Shown: in pieces, positions 56,415 through 64,000 of the stretch | How positions within the stretch are numbered: the stretch's first letter is position 1 | How the letters are laid out: each line of letters begins with the position of its first letter | NCBI GenBank assembly: GCA_963717145.1 | Contig: OY970325.1 | Location: forward strand, 4,768,001 to 4,832,000 | From: an uncultured Armatimonadetes bacterium | Lineage (GTDB): Bacteria > Armatimonadota > UBA5829 > DTJY01 | DNA length: 64,000 bases | Direction of reading: 5' to 3' | Notes under the pieces: generated by a model | Databases searched by the model: none | The model's input: the letters and a program-made list of their open reading frames with translations, nothing else | Told to the model about the DNA's origin: nothing | Program-made: the position numbers and the translations under genes

Positions 56415-58745
56415 CTAGCCGGATTCCTTCTCGTCGATCTCCCGGAGGACGATGTCCAGCCAGCTCTGCGCCCTCTCCGTATCAGGGTGATCGTTTCCCA
56501 GGAACTGCCCACATATCCCCAACTCCCGCTTGAAATGTTCCTTCGCGCCCTGCAAATCCCCAAGGCGTCGCAGGACCAAACCGATACCGCCGAGGTGGCT
56601 TACTATCTTGGGATCATTGGGGCCAAAGGCAGTCTCGTCTATTGCCAGTGCGCGCTCGAAATACTCATAAGCTCGACGGAATTCCCCGCATCTGTACAGC
56701 ACAAACCCAAGGTTGCAGAGACGGATAGCGACGGCGGGATGCTCGGGGCCATAGAGATCCCTATCCATATCCAGCGCCTGCTCATAGTACGCTTTTGCCC
56801 CCTCGTGATCTCCCAAGGTGCTCAGGACGAGACCGAGGTTGTTCAGGTTGATGGCGATCTCGGAATGACTTGGGCCATAAGTGGACTTATTAATAGATAG
56901 AGCTCGCTCGAAGTGCTCCTTCGCTGCCTTGGGGTCTCCAAGATCCAGCAGGACAAGGCCGAGGTCGTTCAGGTCCACAGCCACATTGTGATGATTCGGC
57001 CCGCTGCTCCTCTCATCTTCCATAACCGCCTGTTCCAGCACGTGCTGCGCCTCCACGAATCGCGCGCATCTACGCAAGTACAGCCCCACCTCATCCAAGA
57101 CTTTTCCAGTCGCATTGCACTGAATGGCAAGATCGCGCGCATGTGCCACCGCTGCCATGGCATGTGGCACCAGCCACGCGCATTCGTACCACGGCCGCAG
57201 ATCATAGTCCTCCTGCGGGAACGCACGCTTGACAAGGCGCACGGCGGCTTCGGCCCACTTCTTCTGATCGTCTTCGCTGAGACGGTCGAGGGTGACGGCC
57301 TGGACCAGACGGTGGACGGAGAGCTTCCCATCCTGACACTCCGCAAGCGAATAGTGTCCGAGGGCGATTAGGGCTTCGTCGAGCTTCAACTCATCCTGCA
57401 CGACTCCCGCGAGCGGCTCGGGGAGGAACTGCGCGCCCGATCGGATGATATCCAGCGGGATATCGTCCGGGGCGAAGAAGGCGCAGAGGTTGAGCAGGTC
57501 CGCGCCGGCGGGGGACTCCTTCCTGAGGGCTTCGAAGCTGATCTCCCAGGTGGTCGCAACCGTGGCTTCGTAGTCAGTCGCGGGCTTTCCGCGTTCGAGG
57601 AGATCCTGCCGGTGCTTCTCATAGAGCGCAGTGTAATCGGCCAGGGACTTGCCGGCCTTGCGGATATACGCTCCCGCCTGCTCCAGCGCGAGCGGGAAGT
57701 CGCCGAGAACATCCGCCAGCTTGTCCGCATCGTCCGGTTCGTCGCGCCCGGTGCGTCTGAGGAGGAACGCGACCGACTCCTTGCGAGGCCAGACCTTCAC
57801 CGATAACTCGGACGCCGTTCCGCTCCAGTCCGATTCGCGCGAGGTGATGATCACGTGCCCGGTCTCCCCCAGCGGAAGGTATGGCCTCACGTGCTCAGGC
57901 TTCTCGACGTTATCGAAAATGAGAAGCCATCCGGTGATATGCCCGAGGTGGGCTTTCACCGCCGCTGCGATCTCGGGCTGGTTGGAGGGATCGGCTATCG
58001 GCAGGTTCAGCTCCCCGGCGAGGGCCGCGTAATCGGAAGCAAGCGTGCTGGGGTCTTCGGAGCGGACCCACCAGACGATATCGTAGTCGGCTTTGTGCCG
58101 ATACGCATACTCCAGGGCGAGCTGCGTCTTCCCGATGCCGCCGAGCCCGTGCATCGCCTGAGTGAGCGCGGCGGGTTTGCCGGAGGTCAGGGCCTCGCGC
58201 AGATCGGTCAGAATCTCCTCGCGCCCGGTGAAGTTCGGATTCCGCCGGTGCGGGATGTTCCATATCTTAGGCAGCGTTCCCCGGAAGACCTTCAGCCATT
58301 TCGGACACTTGCCCGGAATCCTGGCGGCGGCGGGATCGCATTTGGCGACTTCCAGGAGGGCCTCCCTGGCATCAGGCTCACTCAGGCCGACGAGATCGAG
58401 ATAGATAATCGATCGGAGCAGACCCTCTACCTCGCAACTCCGAACGCGAATGGGGATGAACTTCCGCATCTCGCCCGTGGGGTCTTCGGCAAAGGTGGCG
58501 GCGAACTCGGCCATGGCGAAACCGGATGTGAAGTAATCGGGAGAGAGAACGCCGATGGTATGCTCGGCAATCTTGAGGGCTTCATCCATCATGAGGACGA
58601 AGTTGTTCCCCGGCCGGAAGTCCCAGGCCTGGATGATCGTGGAGTAACCGGCGACCTCCAACTCGTGCGCGATCCAGACCGCGTGGTCCGCGTCGGCCTT
58701 GTTGTAGCTGATGAAGAAGTCTTTCTTCGAGTCCTTAGCGCTCAT
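56415..58745 (-). CDS. TIR - NB-ARC - TPR protein, paralogue 3
   Basis: DFFISY, MAEF, GLGGIGKT, WLLIFDN; divergent TPR region. Confidence 0.92.
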   Translation of the reverse strand: MSAKDSKKDFFISYNKADADHAVWIAHELEVAGYSTIIQAWDFRPGNNFVLMMDEALKIAEHTIGVLSPDYFTSGFAMAEFAATFAEDPTGEMRKFIPIRVRSCEVEGLLRSIIYLDLVGLSEPDAREALLEVAKCDPAAARIPGKCPKWLKVFRGTLPKIWNIPHRRNPNFTGREEILTDLREALTSGKPAALTQAMHGLGGIGKTQLALEYAYRHKADYDIVWWVRSEDPSTLASDYAALAGELNLPIADPSNQPEIAAAVKAHLGHITGWLLIFDNVEKPEHVRPYLPLGETGHVIITSRESDWSGTASELSVKVWPRKESVAFLLRRTGRDEPDDADKLADVLGDFPLALEQAGAYIRKAGKSLADYTALYEKHRQDLLERGKPATDYEATVATTWEISFEALRKESPAGADLLNLCAFFAPDDIPLDIIRSGAQFLPEPLAGVVQDELKLDEALIALGHYSLAECQDGKLSVHRLVQAVTLDRLSEDDQKKWAEAAVRLVKRAFPQEDYDLRPWYECAWLVPHAMAAVAHARDLAIQCNATGKVLDEVGLYLRRCARFVEAQHVLEQAVMEDERSSGPNHHNVAVDLNDLGLVLLDLGDPKAAKEHFERALSINKSTYGPSHSEIAINLNNLGLVLSTLGDHEGAKAYYEQALDMDRDLYGPEHPAVAIRLCNLGFVLYRCGEFRRAYEYFERALAIDETAFGPNDPKIVSHLGGIGLVLRRLGDLQGAKEHFKRELGICGQFLGNDHPDTERAQSWLDIVLREIDEKESG

Positions 58746-58782
58746 GAAACCTCTCGCTGGGGTCAGGCTTTCACGCGCTTAC

Positions 58783-58810
58783 ATTATACCAGCCGACCGG
58801 TAGGTGTCAA
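58783..58810 (-). promoter_or_regulatory. Consensus sigma70 promoter upstream of the NLR triplet
   Basis: TTGACA-16 nt-TATAAT with TG extension, ~40 nt upstream of the ATG. Confidence 0.78.
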
Positions 58811-58974
58811 GGGAAGGGGGGAGGGCGGGAGGGCATCGGAGGATGGGCCCGGCGGATCGATGTGTCGCGCGCGGGTGGGGGATGACCGGCAACTCGCGGG
58901 CTGAGCGATCTACTCCGCAATCCGCACTCGCGATTCTCTGGGCGGCGATCGTCGCGTCGACGAGATCGCACGCG

Positions 58975-59142
58975 GCGACTGTTATCTCGATGGTTGCGAC
59001 CGTTATCTCGATGGGTGCGACTGTTATCGCGATGGTTGCGACGGTTGTCGCGATGGTTGCGACCGTTATCGCGACGGTTGCGACTGTTGTCGCGATGGCC
59101 GCGACTGTTATCGCGACGGTTGCGACTGTCATCGGGATGAGC
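58975..59142. repeat. Tandem array of eight 21-bp units
   Basis: Consensus GCGACTGTTATCGCGATGGTT. Confidence 0.92.
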
Positions 59143-59242
59143 GCGAGCGATCGAGCGATGCCCGGGATCGAAGCGGGCGTCGAGCCGCCCGGGGGAAAAG
59201 CGGTGTCGAGCCACCGCACTCCATATCCCTCGAAGGCGACAG

Positions 59243-59278
59243 GCCGAGTACGAGTACGATCAGGGGTACGAGTACGAG
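59243..59278. repeat. Hexamer-based arm (TACGAG)n, right of the NLR triplet
   Basis: GCCGAGTACGAGTACGATCAGGGGTACGAGTACGAG. Confidence 0.75.
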
Positions 59279-59304
59279 GGGAAGCGGAGATGATGGCCGG
59301 AGGG

Positions 59305-59333
59305 TTGACCGGGAGGGGTGGGGGACGTATACT
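59305..59333 (+). promoter_or_regulatory. Sigma70-type promoter for the symporter operon
   Basis: TTGACC-17 nt-TATACT. Confidence 0.65.
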
Positions 59334-59370
59334 GTCGGCAACGGATTACTCATGGATCGAGGAATCGCCG

Positions 59371-62061
59371 ATGCCGAGATACGCCGCAAAGATGCTCGCA
59401 GTTCTCTTCGCAGTTGTCCTTCTGAGCGCTCTTCCGCTCTGTGCCGGGTCACCGGAGTACAACTCCGGTGACAACAGGTTGGGGGCCGGCGAGAACAGGT
59501 TGGGGGCCGGCGACAAGAGAGAAAGAGCGTTGTCACCGGAGTTGTACTCCGGTGACCCACCACGGATGTTCGACTGGAAGACGCTGCCGACGCTCCCGAT
59601 GCCGCTCTCCGGTCACTTCGCCGGGACATCAAACGGCGCGCTGATCGTCGCGGGCGGGACGAACTTCCCAGTGTCGCTGTTCGAGGGCGGCACGAAGGAG
59701 TGGTACGACTCGGTCTACGTCCTTCCAAAGGGCGAGAAGGCTTGGAAGAAGGGGGGAACGCTCCCGCACTCCCTCGCTTACGGAGCGTCGGTTTCGACCG
59801 ATGAAGGGCTGGTCTGCATCGGCGGCGGGGATGCCGAGAAGCACTATCCGAAGGCATTCCTGCTTCAGTATGCCAAGGGCGCGACTCCGCGAACAGCCGC
59901 CACCATAGAAAGCGTCTCCCTTCCTGATCTGTGGGAGGCAAGAGCATTCTTCGGGGCAGCCCTGCTGGGCGACCTGATCTATGTAGTAGGCGGACAGACC
60001 GATCCGAAGTCGACCGAAGCCCTCAACTCCGCCTGCGTTCTCAGTTTCCGGTCGGACGACGCCATGTGGTTGATGATAGAACCGCTCCCCGGTCCGGGAC
60101 GAATCCTGCCGGTGGTGGCGGCACAGGACGGCGCGGTCTACGTCTTCGGTGGGTGCTCGCTGAGTCCCGGTCCGGACGGCAAGGCGGTCAGGAAGTACCT
60201 CTGGGACGGCTATTGCTATCGGCCCGGAAAGGGATGGAAGAAGGTAGCGGACCTTCCGTGGCCGGTGACCGCCGCTCCGAGCATCGCGCACGGTCCCTCG
60301 CACATCCTCGTCTTCGGCGGCGATGACGGCGCGCTCGTCGATCGCGTGCAGGAACTCAAGGACAAGCATCCCGGATTCAGCCGCCAGTTGATCGCTTACC
60401 ATACCATTACAGACAGATGGGCCTGGATGGGAACGCTTCCGAAGGGGCTCGTCACGACAAACGCCGTCACCTGGGAGGGAAGCATCGTGATCCCCGGCGG
60501 GGAGGATCGTCCGGGCCACAGATCGGCGGAGGTGCTGAGCGCGAAGGGCATGAAGCCGGAGGGACACTTCTTCCCGCTCGATTACGGGGTCCTGATCGCC
60601 TACCTGCTCGGGATGGTGTGGATCGGGTTCATTATGGCCGGCCGTGAGGAGACGACGGACGACTTCTTCCTCGGCGGGCGGCGCGTGCCGTGGTGGGCGG
60701 CGGGGCTCAGCATCTTCGGCACTCAGCTCAGCGCGATCACGTTCATGGCGATACCGGCAAAGGTCTACGCCACGGACTGGGTCTACATCCTCGGGAACAT
60801 GTGCATCGTGCTCGTGGCGCCGCTGGTCGTGTTCTTCTACCTCCCGTTCTTCCGGCGGCTCAATGTCACGACGGCCTATGAGTACCTGGAGAAGCGGTTC
60901 AGCCTTCCCGTGAGGCTCTTCGGGAGCGCGTCGTTCATCCTCTTCCAGTTGGGGCGGATGGGGATCGTGCTCTTCCTGCCGGCGATCGCGCTCTCGGCGG
61001 TGACGGGGATCGGCATCACGACCTGCATCCTCCTGATGGGCGTGCTGGCGACGATGTACACGGTCATGGGCGGAATCGAGGCGGTGATCTGGACCGACGT
61101 CGTGCAGGTGATCGTCCTGCTCGGCGGCGCGATCGTCAGCCTGATATGGATATTGGCCGAGTACGGCGGAGGGATCGGCGAGGCGTTCGCCGTGGCGCAG
61201 TCGGCCGACAAGTTCCACACCTTCAACTGGACCTGGGACATCACGACCGCGGCCGTCGGGGTCGTCGTCGTGGGCAACATATTCAGCAACCTCGTGCCGT
61301 ACACCGCGGACCAGGCCGTGATCCAGCGCTACCTCACGACCAAGGATGAGAATGCGGCGAAGAAGTCGATCTGGCTCAACGCGTGGCTCTCGGTCCCGTC
61401 GGCGTTCATCTTCTTCGGCGTCGGGACGGCGCTCTGGCTCTTCTACCGCAGCCATCCCGGCCTGCTGAACCCGTCGCTCTCGACCGACGCGATCTTTCCG
61501 CTGTTCATCGCGATGGAGCTTCCGGCGGGGATCACGGGGCTCGTGGTTGCGGGACTCTTTGCGGCGGCGATGTCGACCTTGGACAGCAGCATGAACAGCG
61601 TGGCGACGGCGCTGGTCACCGATTTCTACCGCAGATTCAGGCCGAACGCTCCGGATCGGAGATGCCTCAACCTCGCGCGCTGGCTGACCGTGTTCCTCGG
61701 AGTCGCGGGAGTCGGGACGGCGCTCTGGATGGCGAACAGCGGAATCAAGTCGCTCTGGGACGCCTTCATAACGATCCTCGGGCTGACAGGCGGGGCGCTC
61801 GCGGGGATGTTCATCCTCGGGATCTTCACCCGGCGCGCGCACGGTACGGGAACGCTCATCGGCGCGATCGGCGGCGGATTCGTGCTCTACATGGTGCAGA
61901 GCCGCACGAGCGTCCACTTCTTCCTCTACGCGGCGGTGGGGATCGTCGCGTGTGTCGTGATCGGATACGCGGCGAGTCTCATCATCCCCGCGAAGAAGCG
62001 CGATCTCAGTGGGCTCACCATATACACAATCAATGACGGGAGGGGCGATCTCGGATCCTAA
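59371..62061 (+). CDS. Fusion of a Kelch propeller (NanM/mutarotase-like) and a sodium:solute symporter (SiaT-like)
   Basis: Signal peptide; Kelch GG motifs (VAGGTNFP, CIGG, VVGG, VFGG, IPGGEDRPG); SSS motifs DFFLGGR, AYEYLEKRF, AVIWTDVVQ, QRYL, AAAMSTLDS. Confidence 0.88.
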   Translation: MPRYAAKMLAVLFAVVLLSALPLCAGSPEYNSGDNRLGAGENRLGAGDKRERALSPELYSGDPPRMFDWKTLPTLPMPLSGHFAGTSNGALIVAGGTNFPVSLFEGGTKEWYDSVYVLPKGEKAWKKGGTLPHSLAYGASVSTDEGLVCIGGGDAEKHYPKAFLLQYAKGATPRTAATIESVSLPDLWEARAFFGAALLGDLIYVVGGQTDPKSTEALNSACVLSFRSDDAMWLMIEPLPGPGRILPVVAAQDGAVYVFGGCSLSPGPDGKAVRKYLWDGYCYRPGKGWKKVADLPWPVTAAPSIAHGPSHILVFGGDDGALVDRVQELKDKHPGFSRQLIAYHTITDRWAWMGTLPKGLVTTNAVTWEGSIVIPGGEDRPGHRSAEVLSAKGMKPEGHFFPLDYGVLIAYLLGMVWIGFIMAGREETTDDFFLGGRRVPWWAAGLSIFGTQLSAITFMAIPAKVYATDWVYILGNMCIVLVAPLVVFFYLPFFRRLNVTTAYEYLEKRFSLPVRLFGSASFILFQLGRMGIVLFLPAIALSAVTGIGITTCILLMGVLATMYTVMGGIEAVIWTDVVQVIVLLGGAIVSLIWILAEYGGGIGEAFAVAQSADKFHTFNWTWDITTAAVGVVVVGNIFSNLVPYTADQAVIQRYLTTKDENAAKKSIWLNAWLSVPSAFIFFGVGTALWLFYRSHPGLLNPSLSTDAIFPLFIAMELPAGITGLVVAGLFAAAMSTLDSSMNSVATALVTDFYRRFRPNAPDRRCLNLARWLTVFLGVAGVGTALWMANSGIKSLWDAFITILGLTGGALAGMFILGIFTRRAHGTGTLIGAIGGGFVLYMVQSRTSVHFFLYAAVGIVACVVIGYAASLIIPAKKRDLSGLTIYTINDGRGDLGS
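59446..59558. repeat. Palindromic element in frame within the Kelch-SSS gene
   Basis: 30-bp perfect arms GGGTCACCGGAGTACAACTCCGGTGACAAC / GTTGTCACCGGAGTTGTACTCCGGTGACCC; internal duplication AACAGGTTGGGGGCCGGCGA x2. Confidence 0.85.
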
Positions 62062-62100
62062 GAAAGCCCACAATGACAAACATGGATACAGGAGGATACA

Positions 62101-62934
62101 ATGGCGGAGAAACGCAGTGAGATTCTCAAGAGATTTCGGGAGAAGATAGCATCAGGCAGGCCGATCATCGGGGGAGGCGCGGGCACGGGCATCAGCGCCA
62201 AGTTCGAGGAGGCAGGCGGCATTGACCTGATCGTCATCTACAACTCGGGCCGGTTCAGGATGGCGGGCCACGGCTCGCTCGCGGGCCTGATGCCCTATGG
62301 AGACGCGAACGGCATCGTCATGGAGATGGCGAACGAGGTCCTGCCCGTCGCGAGGAAGACACCGGTGCTGGCGGGGGTCTGCGGCACCGATCCGATGCGC
62401 CTCATGGACCATTTCCTCGCTGACGTGAAGGCGGTCGGTTTCGCGGGAGTACAGAACTTCCCGACCGTGGGGCTGATCGACGGCACTTTCAGGGCCAACC
62501 TCGAAGAGACGAACATGGGCTACTGCAAGGAAGTCGAGATGATCGGCATGGCCCACGACCTCGACCTCCTCACGACGCCCTACGTCTTCGACACGGAGGA
62601 CGCGAAGAAGATGACGAACGCCGGCGCGGACATACTGGTCGCGCACATGGGGCTGACGACGGCAGGGTCGATCGGCGCATCCACCGCCAGGACGCTCGAG
62701 CAGTGTGTGCCGGTGATCGATGCGATTGTGGACACGGCGAAGGGCATAAGGGGCGACGTCATCGTCCTCTGTCACGGCGGGCCGATCGCCGAGCCTCCGG
62801 ACGCGGAGTACATCCTCAGCCACTGCAAGGGCATCGACGGCTTCTACGGCGCAAGCTCGATGGAGAGGCTCCCGACCGAGCGCGCGATCAAGGAGCAGAC
62901 GGAGAAGTTCACGCGGATCACCTTCAGGCGATAG
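62101..62934 (+). CDS. Phosphoenolpyruvate hydrolase family / TIM-barrel protein (Tm-1 C-terminal-like)
   Basis: [50 protein letters not shown]. Confidence 0.88.
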   Translation: MAEKRSEILKRFREKIASGRPIIGGGAGTGISAKFEEAGGIDLIVIYNSGRFRMAGHGSLAGLMPYGDANGIVMEMANEVLPVARKTPVLAGVCGTDPMRLMDHFLADVKAVGFAGVQNFPTVGLIDGTFRANLEETNMGYCKEVEMIGMAHDLDLLTTPYVFDTEDAKKMTNAGADILVAHMGLTTAGSIGASTARTLEQCVPVIDAIVDTAKGIRGDVIVLCHGGPIAEPPDAEYILSHCKGIDGFYGASSMERLPTERAIKEQTEKFTRITFRR

Positions 62935-62950
62935 GCTTCCTGCAGAACAC

Positions 62951-63065
62951 ACCGTCAGTCCTGAGTGCGCCGGTGAATGACGGCGTGTAACGAAGGACGG
63001 CTCGGTGGAGTAAGGCCGTCCTTCGTTACACGCCGTCATTCACCGGCGCACTCAGGACTGACGGT
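62951..63065. repeat. Palindromic element with perfect 51-bp arms; same family as 50911 and 51016
   Basis: ACCGTCAGTCCTGAGTGCGCCGGTGAATGACGGCGTGTAACGAAGGACGGC and its reverse complement. Confidence 0.9.
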
Positions 63066-63093
63066 GGGGCTTACTAAGAAGGAGGGGAATGCA

Positions 63094-64000
63094 ATGGCTA
63101 AGACGATCGCTCTCCTGGGAGCGCTGGACACCAAGGGCGCGGAGTACGGCTTCGTCAAGCAGGTGATCGAGTCCCGCGGACTGAGCACTCTGCTGATCGA
63201 CGTGGGGGTCATCGATCCACCCGCCATCACGCCGGACATATCACGGACGGAGGTCGCTCAGGCGGCGGGCGCTGATATCGATGTCCTCGCCGCGAAGAGG
63301 GATCGGGGAGAGGCTGTGGCGGCGATGAGTCGTGGGGCGGCGATCCTGCTCCCGAAGTTGTACGCAGAGGGACGGTTCGACGGGATCCTCGCGCTGGGAG
63401 GCACCGGTGGGACGTCTGTCGCGTGCAATGCGATGCGCGCGCTCCCTCTCGGCGTGCCCAAGGTGATGGTATCCACGGTCGCGGGCACGGACGTCTCGGG
63501 GTACGTCGGCGTCAAGGACATCGTCATGATCCCGAGCATCGTGGACGTGTCCGGCATCAACAAGATCAGCCGGGAGGTCTTCGCACGGGCGGCGGGGGCG
63601 ATCTGCGGCATGGTGCAGACGACCGTTCCCACAGGCGAGGACAGACCGCTGGTCGCCGCATCGATGTTCGGTAACACGACGCCGGTGGTCGAGGCGGCAA
63701 AGGCGATCGTCGAAGAGGCCGGCTACGAGGTGCTGGTATTCCACTGCACGGGAACCGGCGGCAGGACGATGGAGAGCCTGATCGAGGCGGGATTGATCTC
63801 CGGGGTGCTCGACATAACGACGACGGAGTGGGCCGACGAACTGGTGGGCGGCGTCTTCTCAGCCGGACCGACGAGACTCGAGGCCGCCGCGAAGATGGGC
63901 GTCCCGGCGATCGTCGTTCCCGGTTGCGTCGACATGGTGAACTTCTGGGCCCCTGAGACCGTCCCGGACAAGTTCACAGGCCGCACGTTTTACCCCCACA
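63094..64000 (+). CDS. UPF0261 / Tm-1-like ATP-binding domain protein, 3'-truncated by the window edge
   Basis: Hand translation MAKTIALLGALDTKGAEY...LPLGVPKVMVST...SMFGNTTP...FHCTGTGG; AAGGAGG RBS; no stop in the window. Confidence 0.88.
   Translation, partial: MAKTIALLGALDTKGAEYGFVKQVIESRGLSTLLIDVGVIDPPAITPDISRTEVAQAAGADIDVLAAKRDRGEAVAAMSRGAAILLPKLYAEGRFDGILALGGTGGTSVACNAMRALPLGVPKVMVSTVAGTDVSGYVGVKDIVMIPSIVDVSGINKISREVFARAAGAICGMVQTTVPTGEDRPLVAASMFGNTTPVVEAAKAIVEEAGYEVLVFHCTGTGGRTMESLIEAGLISGVLDITTTEWADELVGGVFSAGPTRLEAAAKMGVPAIVVPGCVDMVNFWAPETVPDKFTGRTFYPH

Noticed and set aside
58975-59142. CRISPR array
   Set aside because: Contiguous 21-bp tandem units with no spacers
58804-59370. N-terminal 189 aa of the 1085-aa ORF
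   Set aside because: Read-through of repeats; the promoter at 59305-59333, an RBS and a signal peptide place the start at 59371
59629-62079. 816-aa minus-strand ORF and similar long antisense ORFs (858-2159, 6721-8040, 42048-43817, 55218-56900)
   Set aside because: Shadow ORFs of high-GC3 genes on the opposite strand
1-64000. tRNA, rRNA or prophage genes
   Set aside because: No recognisable cloverleaf, rRNA segment or phage structural gene seen by eye

Overview
GC-rich bacterial window; Armatimonadota-like origin is an inference from the Firmicutes-type lysA/scpAB/dacB/rluB block combined with an exosortase-EpsI polysaccharide locus. (1) 1-13.9 kb, mostly minus strand: lysA, an M50 protease, scpA, a GxxExxY nuclease gene with terminal inverted repeats, scpB, a D,D-carboxypeptidase, rluB, Btu/Fec-type binding protein and permease, and a tripartite ABC exporter. 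(2) 14.2-15.3 kb: a complete IS481-family element with inverted repeats and a 6-bp target duplication. (3) 15.3-41 kb, plus strand: a Wzx/Wzy exopolysaccharide locus and downstream genes, carrying five single-base frameshifts. (4) 41-46 kb: sugar and sulfatase genes. (5) 46-59.3 kb: an accessory, defence-like island with a DUF4365-TPR gene, a repeat-flanked orphan gene, a helical/Ig-like protein preceded by a 42-bp array, and three tandem mosaic TIR-NB-ARC-TPR (NLR-like) paralogues bracketed by a 36-bp inverted repeat. (6) 59.4-64 kb: a Kelch-sodium:solute symporter fusion and a TIM-barrel/Tm-1-like pair. The most striking unexplained signal is a dense set of palindromic elements from several families. 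They sit at gene junctions, often supply stop codons, and in three cases lie in frame inside otherwise intact proteins. All product calls come from motif recognition; no database searches were run.
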